DNA of 64,000 bases from Veillonella parvula. Its GTDB lineage: Bacteria; Bacillota; Negativicutes; Veillonellales; Veillonellaceae. Below are positions 27,941 to 37,651 of this stretch, piece after piece (within the stretch, counting starts at the first letter, position 1; every line of letters begins with the position of its first letter). The translations under genes were made by a program, and so were the position numbers. The notes beneath the pieces are model-generated. The model ran no database searches, was not told where the DNA came from, and saw only the letters and a list, made by a program, of their open reading frames with translations. The stretch spans positions 159,458 to 223,457 of the forward strand of contig NZ_JAWFXN010000002.1 of assembly GCF_032575955.1 (NCBI RefSeq), written 5' to 3'.

Positions 27941-28798
27941 ATGACACTTTTAACGACGAATATTTATATGTTTTATAAGAAATTGGTATTGGCCATAACT
28001 TTTATAGGAATCGTATTTATAGGTGCTGGTGTTGCTCAAGCTGCATATATTACACCTCCTTCTACTGTTGGTGAGGCCGTAGTCCTTATTGATGCAGATA
28101 CAAAAGAAATTTTATTTGCAAAGAATCCAGATAAGTGGATGCATCCAGCTAGTACTACGAAAATGGTTACCTTGTTAACTGCTTTAGAACTGAAGGGCAC
28201 ACAGCTTGATGAATTAGCTACTATAAGTAGTTATGCAACGAGCATGGAAGAATCAAACCTTGGGGTTCGCGTAGGCGATCAGATTACATTGGAAGGTGTT
28301 CTTGAAGGTATGATGGTTGCTAGTGGTAATGATGCGGCCGTTGTTGTAGCCGAAAATGTAAGTGGTTCTGTAGATAAATTTGCTAAGGATATGACTCGCA
28401 TTGCTGCAAAAGCGGGTGCAAAGAATAGTGTGTTCTTGAACCCTCATGGATTAACACAAAAGGGTCACCATTCTACGGCTCGTGATTTAGCGATGATTGC
28501 AGCGTACGGCATGAAATACCAAATGTTCCGTGACAAGGTTGCTAATGATTATTACAAGGTGCCGTATCAAAACCGTGCACCAGAAACAATTCGTACTACA
28601 AACCATTTTATTCGCAATAAATATCCAGGTGCGAATGGCTTGAAAACAGGTTTTACAAACGCAGCAGGAGAATGTTTGATTGCGTCTGCCACACGGAAGG
28701 GCCATACTATGATTGTAGTTATGCTTAATGATGATAATCGTTGGGAAGAAGCTGTACAATTCCTTGATTATGGATTTAAACTCCGTGGGGTAATTTAA
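27941..28798 (+). CDS. D-alanyl-D-alanine carboxypeptidase (S11, PBP5/6-like)
   Basis: The SxxK motif (ASTTKMVT), the SGN motif and the KTG motif (LKTGFT) are present. The signal peptide ends in ...GAGVAQA. An alternative start is ATG 27968. Confidence 0.8.
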   Translation: MTLLTTNIYMFYKKLVLAITFIGIVFIGAGVAQAAYITPPSTVGEAVVLIDADTKEILFAKNPDKWMHPASTTKMVTLLTALELKGTQLDELATISSYATSMEESNLGVRVGDQITLEGVLEGMMVASGNDAAVVVAENVSGSVDKFAKDMTRIAAKAGAKNSVFLNPHGLTQKGHHSTARDLAMIAAYGMKYQMFRDKVANDYYKVPYQNRAPETIRTTNHFIRNKYPGANGLKTGFTNAAGECLIASATRKGHTMIVVMLNDDNRWEEAVQFLDYGFKLRGVI

Positions 28799-28823
28799 GG
28801 ACCTATTGTGTAATGGGGGACAT

Positions 28824-29414
28824 ATGAGTTCATTTTTTGCATTTTTAAAACGCATGCGCTTTATCAATCGATGGAGCCTCATGCGAAATACGGAAATAGA
28901 AAATATTCAAGAACATAGCCTTGAAGTGGCTATGGTAGCGCACAACTTAGGGGCCATAAAAAATGAATACTTCGGTGGGAATGTAGATATCAATAAGGTA
29001 GCTGTCATAGCTATGTATCATGAGGTGAGCGAAATCTTTACAGGAGATATGCCGACACCAATCAAGTATTTTGATCCAAAGTTGCGGGAACTGTATGGTG
29101 AGGTTGAAACTTTGGCGCAAGAAAAAATGCTATCAACCTTGCCAGACCGGTTACAATCTGTTTATAAGCCTATACTTGTTGATGCAGAGGCTAGTCCAGA
29201 ATGGCCTCTCGTTAAGGCTGCCGATATAATTTCAGCCTATATGAAATGCGTCAAAGAGCTCAAGGCAGGGAATGATGAGTTTAAAGAGGCACATGACTCT
29301 ATCTTAGCTAAGTTGAAAAATCTAAATATGCCTGAGGTAGATATGTTTCTTGAAATATATCTACCTGCTCTTGGTAAGAGTTTGGATGAGTTGAACTATT
29401 ACGAAATTAAATAA
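28824..29414 (+). CDS. yfbR: HD-domain 5'-deoxynucleotidase
   Basis: 196 aa. FLKRMRFINRWSLMRN...ENIQEHSLEVA and the HE...GD HD-domain residues are present. Confidence 0.8.
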   Translation: MSSFFAFLKRMRFINRWSLMRNTEIENIQEHSLEVAMVAHNLGAIKNEYFGGNVDINKVAVIAMYHEVSEIFTGDMPTPIKYFDPKLRELYGEVETLAQEKMLSTLPDRLQSVYKPILVDAEASPEWPLVKAADIISAYMKCVKELKAGNDEFKEAHDSILAKLKNLNMPEVDMFLEIYLPALGKSLDELNYYEIK

Positions 29415-29419
29415 TTACT

Positions 29420-29499
29420 AAAAGAGACGACTTCTTGAACTGCACCCCCAAAAGTGGACACAATTTTGGGGGTGCAGTTCATTTTGGCCGTCTCTTTTT
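29420..29499. terminator. Nested bidirectional terminator
   Basis: The inner 17-bp perfect stem is GAACTGCACCCCCAAAA / TTTTGGGGGTGCAGTTC. The outer arms are AAAAGAGACG / CGTCTCTTTT. Confidence 0.8.
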
Positions 29500-29609
29500 G
29501 ATTCTAAAAATTTGTAGATTATTTTGCTAATGCTTTATCAAGTTTTTGTTAGTTTGCTTAATAAAAATTATTATAAGCGTATTTGTTAATTATTATGTCT
29601 TATTGAATA

Positions 29610-30494
29610 TTATAGTTTATTTTTTCTATCTATAATCTCTTGATTTCTCATTAGTATTTTTTTACCTCGCCACGAGAAGGCTCGATGGCCATATTTTGCT
29701 TTGAATTCTTTGTTCGTTAGTGCTTCCAGTTCGTCTATATTGACATACGGTTCTATCTGTTGGAATTCTGGGATGGGCGTAGTTGGAATATTTTTGTTGT
29801 GGGGGCATACCTCTTGGCACACATCACAACCAAATACGAGTGGAGTTTTAGCGAGAATATGTTCCTCTTTATCGGTGAGTTCTCCTTTTTTCTGAGTTAA
29901 GTAGCTTTTACAAGTAGCGTATTTAAACTCGTCATGGCCCAAACATTGCCCTAAGCATGCTGTAATACAACGATTGCATCCCATACAAGACTGTTCAAGG
30001 GGTACATTTGGCTCGAGTTCTAGTGTTGTTAAAATCGTACCAATAACGACATAAGAACCCCATTTAGGGTTGATAAAACAGTTGTTCTTTCCATAAAAGC
30101 CGAGACCTGCCAAGTAGGCCATGTATCGATCGGCTAAAGGAGATGTATCGCAATGAATGGAAAACTGAGCCGAGTCATCAATTATTTGTAATCTTTCAAT
30201 AAGACGTTCTAAATATTCATTAATGACCAGGTGATAATCTGTTGACCATGTATAGCGCGATAGATTGGCATGGCCTTTGTGTTGTACATGGTACGGGAAT
30301 AGACAAACGATGGCACTTTTGGGCATAAACCGAGTCGTTCCTAGTAGTCTTGCCTCCACATCTGCAGCAGTAAAGGGGCATGGGTTGCTTTCAAATAAAA
30401 TAGTTTTGGCCTGTTCAGGTAGTGGCCATGAGGCAATTCCAAATTCATAAATATGTAATTCTTTGCAAATTTCCTGTAAATTTATATCTTTCAT
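29610..30494 (-). CDS. queG: Epoxyqueuosine reductase
   Basis: 294 aa. Two ferredoxin-type Cys clusters are present (CMGCNRCITAC and CDVCQEVCP), together with the family N-terminal domain. Confidence 0.7.
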   Translation of the reverse strand: MKDINLQEICKELHIYEFGIASWPLPEQAKTILFESNPCPFTAADVEARLLGTTRFMPKSAIVCLFPYHVQHKGHANLSRYTWSTDYHLVINEYLERLIERLQIIDDSAQFSIHCDTSPLADRYMAYLAGLGFYGKNNCFINPKWGSYVVIGTILTTLELEPNVPLEQSCMGCNRCITACLGQCLGHDEFKYATCKSYLTQKKGELTDKEEHILAKTPLVFGCDVCQEVCPHNKNIPTTPIPEFQQIEPYVNIDELEALTNKEFKAKYGHRAFSWRGKKILMRNQEIIDRKNKL

Positions 30495-30649
30495 CGTAGA
30501 TTTAGTGGTAAATAATTGGTAAAATAAAAGTATAAGAAATGCATGAGATTCTATAGTTTTTTGTTAAGTTTGTAGTTTGGTGAGAACTGTATTTTTATAG
30601 TTAGCACCGTAATTCTGTTAGTATTAGTATACCATTGAGAGGACAGATT

Positions 30650-31432
30650 ATGTTAGCATTTATGAAAGTATTAGAACCGAAGACGGTGGAAGAGGCTTAT
30701 GAATTAGCCACAAAGAACAAAACGGCTCCTATGCTAGCGGGAGGCTGTTGGCTGCGTCTAGGACGACGTACTTGGCCATCAGTGATTGATATGGCGAGTC
30801 TTGATTTGCGTTATGTTCGTGAAGAAGATAAGGAGTTTGTAATTGGCGCTATGGCGACACAAGGAGATGTGGAACGTTTTGAGCCTTTACAACAATTCTG
30901 CGGCGGTGCCGTAGTTAAAGGTGTTAAGGAGATTCTTGGCGTTCAATTTAGAAATATTGCTACCATGGGCGGTTCTGTAGCAAGTAAATTTGGCTTCTCT
31001 GATATCATTCCTGCGCTATTGGCCGTGCATGCAGACATCGTTACCTTTAAAGGTGGTCGTATGTCCATGCAAGACTATATGACATATAGAGAACGTGATA
31101 TTCTCGTGGAGATTCGCATCCCTAAAGTAGATGCAGCTGTAGCTGTTGAAGCACTTCGCATCTCTCGTGGTGATTTCCCATTGTTGACAGGTGCTCTTCG
31201 CCATGATGAAAAAGGCGTTGAATTGTATATCGGTACAAGACCTGGTGTACCTCAATTAGCTGTTAAAGCAAGTGCTTTGCTTTCAGAAAAAGGATTATCT
31301 GCCGCAAAAGAGGCAGGTCAATTGGCATCTGAAGAACTAGTGTATCAATCTAACTCTCATGCGTCCAAAGAATATCGCATGGAAATGGTAAAAGCAATGG
31401 TTCAACGCTTAGCTAAGGAGGTGGCACAATAA
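30650..31432 (+). CDS. Molybdenum hydroxylase FAD-binding medium subunit (CoxM/XdhB-like)
   Basis: 260 aa with an FAD_binding_5-like N-terminus (..APMLAGGCWL..). It is the first gene of the cluster. GAGAGGA SD. Confidence 0.8.
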   Translation: MLAFMKVLEPKTVEEAYELATKNKTAPMLAGGCWLRLGRRTWPSVIDMASLDLRYVREEDKEFVIGAMATQGDVERFEPLQQFCGGAVVKGVKEILGVQFRNIATMGGSVASKFGFSDIIPALLAVHADIVTFKGGRMSMQDYMTYRERDILVEIRIPKVDAAVAVEALRISRGDFPLLTGALRHDEKGVELYIGTRPGVPQLAVKASALLSEKGLSAAKEAGQLASEELVYQSNSHASKEYRMEMVKAMVQRLAKEVAQ

Positions 31433-31884
31433 TGGAACTCGTACTTAATATTAATAACAAAAATGTAACTGTTAATGTGCCAACTGATGAGATGTTACTA
31501 GACACATTGCGTAATCTTGGCTATTACAGTGTCCGCTGTGGCTGTGATACCACAAACTGTGGTCTTTGTACTGTATGGGTGGATGACGAAATCATTTTGT
31601 CCTGTGCTTATCCTACATTTCGTGCGCCAGGCCATAAGATTACTACATTAGAAGGTTTACAAGAGGAAGCTGAATTATTGGCGGCTTGTATCGCAAGTGA
31701 AGGCGCAGATCAGTGTGGTTTTTGTACAACCGGCATGATGATGAGTGCTATCAATTTGAAACGCAAAAATCCAAAGGCTAGCGATGATGAAATTCGCGAA
31801 TACCTTATAGGTAACTTGTGCCGCTGTACTGGTTATGAATCACAACTTCGAGGAGTTCGTAAATTCTTAGAAGGAGGCCTATAA
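31432..31884 (+). CDS. Molybdenum hydroxylase [2Fe-2S] small subunit
   Basis: 150 aa. Cys clusters are present for two 2Fe-2S centres (C-x4-C-x2-C...C and CGFCTxG...CRCTGY). The start overlaps the upstream stop as TAATG. Confidence 0.9.
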   Translation: MELVLNINNKNVTVNVPTDEMLLDTLRNLGYYSVRCGCDTTNCGLCTVWVDDEIILSCAYPTFRAPGHKITTLEGLQEEAELLAACIASEGADQCGFCTTGMMMSAINLKRKNPKASDDEIREYLIGNLCRCTGYESQLRGVRKFLEGGL

Positions 31885-34181
31885 TGATGAACAAGCATAT
31901 TGGTAAATCCTATGACAAAGTTGACTCAAAAGGTATTTTATCTGGTAAACCGTCTTATACTGGCGATTTTGTTCCCAAAGATGCGCTTGTTATTAAGGTT
32001 CTTCGTAGCCCTCATGCTCAAGCGCGCATCAAATCTATTGATACATCTAAAGCTAAATTGATCCCTGGCATAGAAGCTATTTTTACTTATGAAGATGTGC
32101 CTAATACGCGATTCACATTAGCAGGTCAAACATATCCAGAGCCATCCGCTTATGATGCGCTCATCTTGGACCCTGTAGTTCGCTATGTTGGAGACGAAGT
32201 TGCTCTCATCGTAGCAAAAGATGAGGCTACAGCGCTTAAAGCAATGCCGCTTATCAAGGTTGAATACGAAGTACAGAAACCTGTACTTGATATGCACACT
32301 GCTATCGATCATGAAACTATAGTACATCCTGAGGATGATATTCATAACAATATCCCTGTAGGTCAAGATTACAAACGTAATATTTGCGTATCCTATCACA
32401 AACGGGTAGGAGATGTGGAAGCAGAACTTGCTAAATGTGATTACGTGGCAGAAGGTACATACTTTGACCAGGCTACACGCCAAACAACGATGGAACCATT
32501 CCAAAGTTTTGGATATATAGATGCGCTAGGTCGTGTAGTTATCGTATCCTCTACGCAAATCGTATTCCATGTACGCCGTCACATCGCTCGTGCACTCGGT
32601 ATTCCGGCTACAAAAGTCCGTGTAATTAAGCCTCGTATTGGCGGTGGCTTCGGTTCTAAACAAACGGCTTGTACAGAAATTATGACAGCTTTCGTAGCGT
32701 GGACATTGAAAAAACCTTGTTATCTTTTATACGATCGTACAGAAGCACAAACTTGCTCCACTACACGTCATGCTCGTGAATGGAAAATTCGTGTAGGTGC
32801 TACGAAAGATGGCATTATTAAAGTTATTGATATGGACTCCATCACAGCCGCTGGGGCACATGCAACTCATTGCTTCACTACTACAACGGCTGGTGAACAT
32901 AAATCTGTACCGTTGTACAACAAAGCGACTGCTGTTCATTATGGTACAGAAGGTGTGTATACTAACCAAACTCCGGGTGGTGCTTTCCGTGGGTACGGTG
33001 CAACAGAAGCCTTGTGGCCATTAGAATGTGCTGTTAACCAATTGGCTGACAAAATGGGGATTGATCCAGCTGAACTACGTCAGAAGAACTTAATAGCGGA
33101 AGGTGAACAAAGCTTAGTATATGCTCCAGATGAATATCTTGATTCTGGTCTTTTCCAAGATACTGTAAATCGTGTAAAAGAAATGGCTCGTTGGGATGAA
33201 CGCCCTCATTCTTGGGACATCGATGAGCGCTATCGCGGTGGACTTGGCATGGCTTTAGCACTACAAGGCTCTGGTGTCGCAAATATCGACGTAGCATCTG
33301 TTGAAATCCGACTTGGTGACGATGGCAATTATACATTGTATACTGGATCTTCTGATATGGGCATGGGGTCTAATACCGTATTAACTCAAATGGCCTGTGA
33401 AGTAATAGGTTGTCCTATGGAATATATGACTGTTATTGAATCAGATACAGATATCGTACCATTCGATCCAGGGTCCTACGCATCTAGTACAACCTATGTA
33501 ACGGGTACTGCTGCTAAGATGGCTGCAGAAGAGTTACGCACTAAGATTATTGCTAAATTTGCTCAATTCTTTGAAACCGACGTTGAGAACGTTGACTTTG
33601 ACGGCGTTGTAGCTACCACGAAAGACGGCTCCAAAACAATGGATATCCATCAATTGGCACCAAAATTATTAGTTGGTGCTAATGCGGAGCAATTGTCTGG
33701 TTTCGCTACATGGGGCAGTCATACGTCTCCACCTCCATTTATGGCATCTATTGCTGAGGTAAAGGTAGATAAACAAACCGGTAAGGTTATTCCTCTTCAT
33801 TTCTATTCTTGTGTTGATTGCGGTACTGTTATCAACCCTAAATTGGCTCGCGTTCAAGTTGAGGGTGGTGTGGTACAAGCTATCGGGATGGCTTTATATG
33901 AAGATGTACGCTATTCCAACAATGGTCGTTTGGAAACAAATAATCTTATGACTTATAAAATCCCAACCCGTCAGGATATTGGTGAATTACATACAGACTT
34001 TGTAGAATCTTACGAGCCTACAGGTGGCTTCGGAGCTAAATCTATTGGTGAGGTTGTCATCAATACGGGGTGCCCTGCTATCCAACATGCCATTAAAAAT
34101 GCAGTTGGTGCGGATATTCGTACATTACCTATGACACCTGAGAAGGTATTTATGGCTATGGACGAGAAATATAAAGTATAG
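31884..34181 (+). CDS. Molybdopterin-binding large subunit, xanthine dehydrogenase/aldehyde oxidase family
   Basis: 765 aa with family motifs GGGFGSK and RGYG. It is translationally coupled to the small subunit. Confidence 0.9.
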   Translation: MMNKHIGKSYDKVDSKGILSGKPSYTGDFVPKDALVIKVLRSPHAQARIKSIDTSKAKLIPGIEAIFTYEDVPNTRFTLAGQTYPEPSAYDALILDPVVRYVGDEVALIVAKDEATALKAMPLIKVEYEVQKPVLDMHTAIDHETIVHPEDDIHNNIPVGQDYKRNICVSYHKRVGDVEAELAKCDYVAEGTYFDQATRQTTMEPFQSFGYIDALGRVVIVSSTQIVFHVRRHIARALGIPATKVRVIKPRIGGGFGSKQTACTEIMTAFVAWTLKKPCYLLYDRTEAQTCSTTRHAREWKIRVGATKDGIIKVIDMDSITAAGAHATHCFTTTTAGEHKSVPLYNKATAVHYGTEGVYTNQTPGGAFRGYGATEALWPLECAVNQLADKMGIDPAELRQKNLIAEGEQSLVYAPDEYLDSGLFQDTVNRVKEMARWDERPHSWDIDERYRGGLGMALALQGSGVANIDVASVEIRLGDDGNYTLYTGSSDMGMGSNTVLTQMACEVIGCPMEYMTVIESDTDIVPFDPGSYASSTTYVTGTAAKMAAEELRTKIIAKFAQFFETDVENVDFDGVVATTKDGSKTMDIHQLAPKLLVGANAEQLSGFATWGSHTSPPPFMASIAEVKVDKQTGKVIPLHFYSCVDCGTVINPKLARVQVEGGVVQAIGMALYEDVRYSNNGRLETNNLMTYKIPTRQDIGELHTDFVESYEPTGGFGAKSIGEVVINTGCPAIQHAIKNAVGADIRTLPMTPEKVFMAMDEKYKV

Positions 34182-34222
34182 AGATTTCTAGTTCCTTTTA
34201 CTTTCTAAGGAGGCCTGGTTCT

Positions 34223-34981
34223 ATGACATCACAAACATCCTATTGGAATCGATTGATTCAGCCGGGAATCGTTGCCCTTGTTGGGGCAGGCGGTAAAACG
34301 ACTGTGCTTTCAAAACTAGTAGAATATGGACGGCTGAAAGGTCAGCCAATCGTAGTTACGACTACAACTCGACTCTATGAATCTCAGGTGGCTCATTATG
34401 AACCGATTTATACTCGTAATATTAATGAAGCTGATGAGTATTGTACTGACCGACTTTTACGTGGCTATTGTGGTGCGTGGTTCGCTGGAATTACAGGAAC
34501 AAAAGTAGACTCCTTAGATTGTGATCTTATCGATGGTTTAGCCAAGTTACATCCAAATTGGCAAGTTGTTGTAGAAGCCGATGGGGCGAAGGAAAAATGG
34601 CTCAAGGCGCCTAAGACGACTGAGCCTGTCATTCCATCTCTTACAAAGACTACGATTGGTCTCGTAAATCTACAAATGCTAGGGGCCCCATTAGATGATG
34701 AGCACGTACATAATATCGAGCTCGTTCAAGATATCGTAAAACGCGATATGGGGGCTATTGTAACTCCGCGTATGTTGGCTGATCTTGTTTTGCATAAACA
34801 AGGTTTATTCCAATATAGTAAAGGCAAGAAAATATTGTTCTGTACTGGTTATGAAACAGTGCAACATCGCATTATCGATGATTTTATTGATCATATTGTT
34901 GATAGCGATATTACGGCTATCATTTTGGCTGATGGATATAAAGCAAGTTGTGAAATCCGTCGCATTATTCAATGTCGGTAG
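34223..34981 (+). CDS. yqeC: YqeC-family accessory protein of selenium-dependent molybdenum hydroxylases
   Basis: 252 aa. The N-terminal P-loop is VGAGGKTT. Its context next to YqeB-family and MocA genes matches the TIGR03172 description. Confidence 0.7.
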   Translation: MTSQTSYWNRLIQPGIVALVGAGGKTTVLSKLVEYGRLKGQPIVVTTTTRLYESQVAHYEPIYTRNINEADEYCTDRLLRGYCGAWFAGITGTKVDSLDCDLIDGLAKLHPNWQVVVEADGAKEKWLKAPKTTEPVIPSLTKTTIGLVNLQMLGAPLDDEHVHNIELVQDIVKRDMGAIVTPRMLADLVLHKQGLFQYSKGKKILFCTGYETVQHRIIDDFIDHIVDSDITAIILADGYKASCEIRRIIQCR

Positions 34982-34987
34982 GTACTC

Positions 34988-35710
34988 ATGACTATTATGA
35001 AAGCAAATTGTGATACCGCTTTTATTCCCATGAGAGACCCCATAGACCGTCGTCCTTTGCATATTGGCATTGTCCTCCTTGTGGGAGGGCAATCCAAGCG
35101 CATGGGATGTAATAAGCAACTCTTACCATGGCGTGGTAAGACTGTTCTAGATGCGGTCTGTGGGGCTCTTCAATGTGGATGGGGTGGACAGGTAGTTTCA
35201 ACTATGTCCTGTAAACTACCTTTTGTGGCGGTTACTGGTGATGATCATGAGAAACTAGAATCTATTGTCACAAGCTATGGTTTTGAGGCGATTCGAAATG
35301 ACCATCCTGAACTGGGGCAAGGAGTATCCATAGCGTTGGGATTACATCATTTGGTGAATACGGCGCCCATACCGCTAGACGGTATTCTCTGTTCAGTAGG
35401 GGATCAACCACTTCTGACGAGTGCTGTTGTACATGAGGTCATTAGTGCATTTAGTGATAACTTTCATCCGAAAACTATCGTTGTTCCACATTATGGGGCG
35501 AATTGTCATTCGGGAAATCCCGTTCTCTTTGGTTCCCATTGGTTTGATTTTTTACAACAGATTCAAGGGGATCAAGGCGGTAAGACCATTATTCGTGGTG
35601 AGGGTCAAGCCCATGTCGTGAAATTATGGATTAGTGATGATGTTGGCGACGATATTGACACACCCGATGATTTTGAGCGTTTGAAACATCGTGAAAGTGA
35701 GGCATTATGA
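34988..35710 (+). CDS. mocA: Molybdenum cofactor cytidylyltransferase (MobA-like NTP transferase)
   Basis: 240 aa. LLVGGQSKRMGCNKQLLPW is the MobA/MocA signature. Confidence 0.7.
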   Translation: MTIMKANCDTAFIPMRDPIDRRPLHIGIVLLVGGQSKRMGCNKQLLPWRGKTVLDAVCGALQCGWGGQVVSTMSCKLPFVAVTGDDHEKLESIVTSYGFEAIRNDHPELGQGVSIALGLHHLVNTAPIPLDGILCSVGDQPLLTSAVVHEVISAFSDNFHPKTIVVPHYGANCHSGNPVLFGSHWFDFLQQIQGDQGGKTIIRGEGQAHVVKLWISDDVGDDIDTPDDFERLKHRESEAL

Positions 35711-36519
35711 AACCATTGGTACTTATGCGTGGAGGTGGAGACATCGCTTCCGGTGCTGTATATAGATTGAGACGGGCGGGCTATCCCGTTGTAATTAGTG
35801 AAATAGCGATTCCTACCATGATTCGCCGCGAAGTATGTTACGGTAATGCGGTTCATCGTGGAGAAATGATTTTGGAACGTTTTGTTGCTCGTCATGTGTC
35901 TATTGGTGAAGTGAAGGATACATTGGCACAGAAAATCATTCCCGTTGTCACTAGCTCATATGAGGAATTATTGGACACTTTAAAACCAGAGATTGTAGTC
36001 GATGCTATTTTGAGTAAAAAGAATCTTGGAACAAAACGAGATGATGCAGAGCTCGTTATAGGTGTTGGCCCTGGATTTACTGCTGGAGAAGATGTAGATG
36101 TGGTCATTGAAACGATGCGTGGCCATTCATTAGGTCGCTGTATCTATGATGGGCCGGCTCAACCTAATACAGGTATCCCTGGAAATGTAGGTGGCTACAC
36201 TCATGAGCGCGTTATCCATTCTCCAAAGGCTGGACTATTTACAGCAAAACGGCATATTGGGGATTCTGTACAAGCCAATGAGGTGATTGGTTATGTTGAT
36301 GAAGAACCAGTCCGAGCTAAAATTACAGGCATTCTACGAGGAATTTTAAAAAGTGGGCTCATCGTATCAGATCATTTTAAGTTGGCTGATGTGGATGCTC
36401 GTTGTGAAGAGTCTCATTGTTATAGTATTTCAGATAAATCCCTTGCTGTCGGTGGAGGTGTATTAGAGGCTGTTACCGCTTGGGATTATGAAAGGAATCT
36501 AGATGGAAACAATTTATGA
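35707..36519 (+). CDS. yqeB: YqeB-family (TIGR03309-type) selenium-dependent molybdenum hydroxylase system protein
   Basis: 270 aa. The N-terminus MRGGGDIASGAVYRLRRAGYPVV is as remembered for this family. ATGA overlap with mocA. Confidence 0.6.
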   Translation: MKPLVLMRGGGDIASGAVYRLRRAGYPVVISEIAIPTMIRREVCYGNAVHRGEMILERFVARHVSIGEVKDTLAQKIIPVVTSSYEELLDTLKPEIVVDAILSKKNLGTKRDDAELVIGVGPGFTAGEDVDVVIETMRGHSLGRCIYDGPAQPNTGIPGNVGGYTHERVIHSPKAGLFTAKRHIGDSVQANEVIGYVDEEPVRAKITGILRGILKSGLIVSDHFKLADVDARCEESHCYSISDKSLAVGGGVLEAVTAWDYERNLDGNNL

Positions 36520-37231
36520 TGTGATGAAAAATCGTCTACAGGTTACTGAAACTACCGTGATGGTTACAGTTCTATCCGGTCCTCGTCAAGGGGATAAGAC
36601 TATTTATGCTGAAGATGGAAGTGTTCTATACGGAACTCCTATTGAAGGATTTACTGTAGATAAAGCAAAGCTAAATTCTCTCTGCATGGTAGGCGAAATG
36701 GAGTGTTTCGTACAACCTGTAGAAAATGATCCGTCAGTTCTCGTATTAGGCGCAGGTCATGTTAGCCGAGCTATTACTGATTTGCTGTTGTTTATTGGCT
36801 GTCGTGTTACAGTTGTAGATGACCGTCCAGAATATGTAGTTCCTGAATTCTTTGATGAACGTGTTACACGTAAGTGCTTACCTTTAGAAAACTTCAAGAA
36901 TGATTTACCTCTTGATGAATATAATGGCTTTATCATTGTGACGCGTGCTCATGAGTACGATAATATATGTTTAGAACAATTGCGTGGTTACTTGCCTACG
37001 TATATGGGTGTTATGGGTAGCCAAAAACGCATTCATCATGCTTTTGAAGTGTTGCGTGAGCAAGGTTGGACCCAAGATGAGTTAGATATGATTTATGCTC
37101 CAATTGGTCTAGACCTTGGTGCACAAACACCTGAGGAGATTGCATTATCTATCGTTAGTGAATATTTGGCAGTGGTACGTGGTAAAAAAGGCGGCTCATT
37201 GCGGAAAGGTAGAGTGATCCATGAATCGTGA
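36503..37231 (+). CDS. xdhC: XdhC/CoxI-family molybdenum cofactor insertion chaperone (N-domain plus Rossmann domain)
   Basis: 242 aa. It has the Rossmann-like motif VLVLGAGHVSRAI and overlaps both neighbouring genes. Confidence 0.75.
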   Translation: METIYDVMKNRLQVTETTVMVTVLSGPRQGDKTIYAEDGSVLYGTPIEGFTVDKAKLNSLCMVGEMECFVQPVENDPSVLVLGAGHVSRAITDLLLFIGCRVTVVDDRPEYVVPEFFDERVTRKCLPLENFKNDLPLDEYNGFIIVTRAHEYDNICLEQLRGYLPTYMGVMGSQKRIHHAFEVLREQGWTQDELDMIYAPIGLDLGAQTPEEIALSIVSEYLAVVRGKKGGSLRKGRVIHES

Positions 37232-37535
37232 GTTTATTGAATATCTTAGTGAACGTAAAAACGAAACCTTAGCAGTAGCGACTATTTTATATACTCGTGG
37301 ATCCACACCTCGTAAAGCTGGTACATCTATGGTTGTATTTCCTGATGGATCTATTTTTGGCACTATTGGCGGCGGTCGTGCAGAAAATGAAATCCGCCTA
37401 AGTGCTGTGGACTCCTTGAATAAAAAAGAAGCTCACCGTCGTATTGATGTTCTCCTTGATGATGACGTAGCTGTTAAAGAAGGCATGGTCTGTGGTGGCC
37501 AAATGGATGTATGGATTGAAACACAAAACATCTAA
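37221..37535 (+). CDS. Stand-alone XdhC/CoxI N-terminal domain protein
   Basis: 104 aa. The motif GSTPRKAGTSMVVFPDGSIFGTIGGGRAE is typical of the XdhC_CoxI domain. Confidence 0.7.
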   Translation: MNREFIEYLSERKNETLAVATILYTRGSTPRKAGTSMVVFPDGSIFGTIGGGRAENEIRLSAVDSLNKKEAHRRIDVLLDDDVAVKEGMVCGGQMDVWIETQNI

Positions 37536-37564
37536 TAAAATCTCATTCAGCGTTTGTTTATAAA

Positions 37565-37593
37565 TTTACAGTACTCTCAAAATGAGTTAAAAT
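37565..37593 (+). promoter_or_regulatory. Candidate sigma-70 promoter of cdaA
   Basis: TTTACA, a 17-nt spacer, then TAAAAT, immediately upstream of and abutting the terminator hairpin. Confidence 0.4.
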
Positions 37594-37594
37594 A

Positions 37595-37634
37595 TAAGGT
37601 ACAGTCAAAGAATTGATTGTACCTTATTATTTTG
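37595..37634 (+). terminator. Intrinsic terminator closing the molybdenum hydroxylase cluster
   Basis: TAAGGTACA-N14-TGTACCTTA followed by TTATTTTG. Confidence 0.65.
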
Positions 37635-37651
37635 TATAAGGAGCTATTTTT

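Noticed and set aside
28487-28882. A 131-aa minus-strand ORF.
   Set aside because: It is antisense to the 3' end of the DD-carboxypeptidase gene and the 5' end of yfbR. It has no SD and no family resemblance.
30495-30649. I looked for a Moco riboswitch upstream of the molybdenum hydroxylase cluster.
   Set aside because: No conserved Moco-motif segments are recognisable. The region is short and AT-rich.
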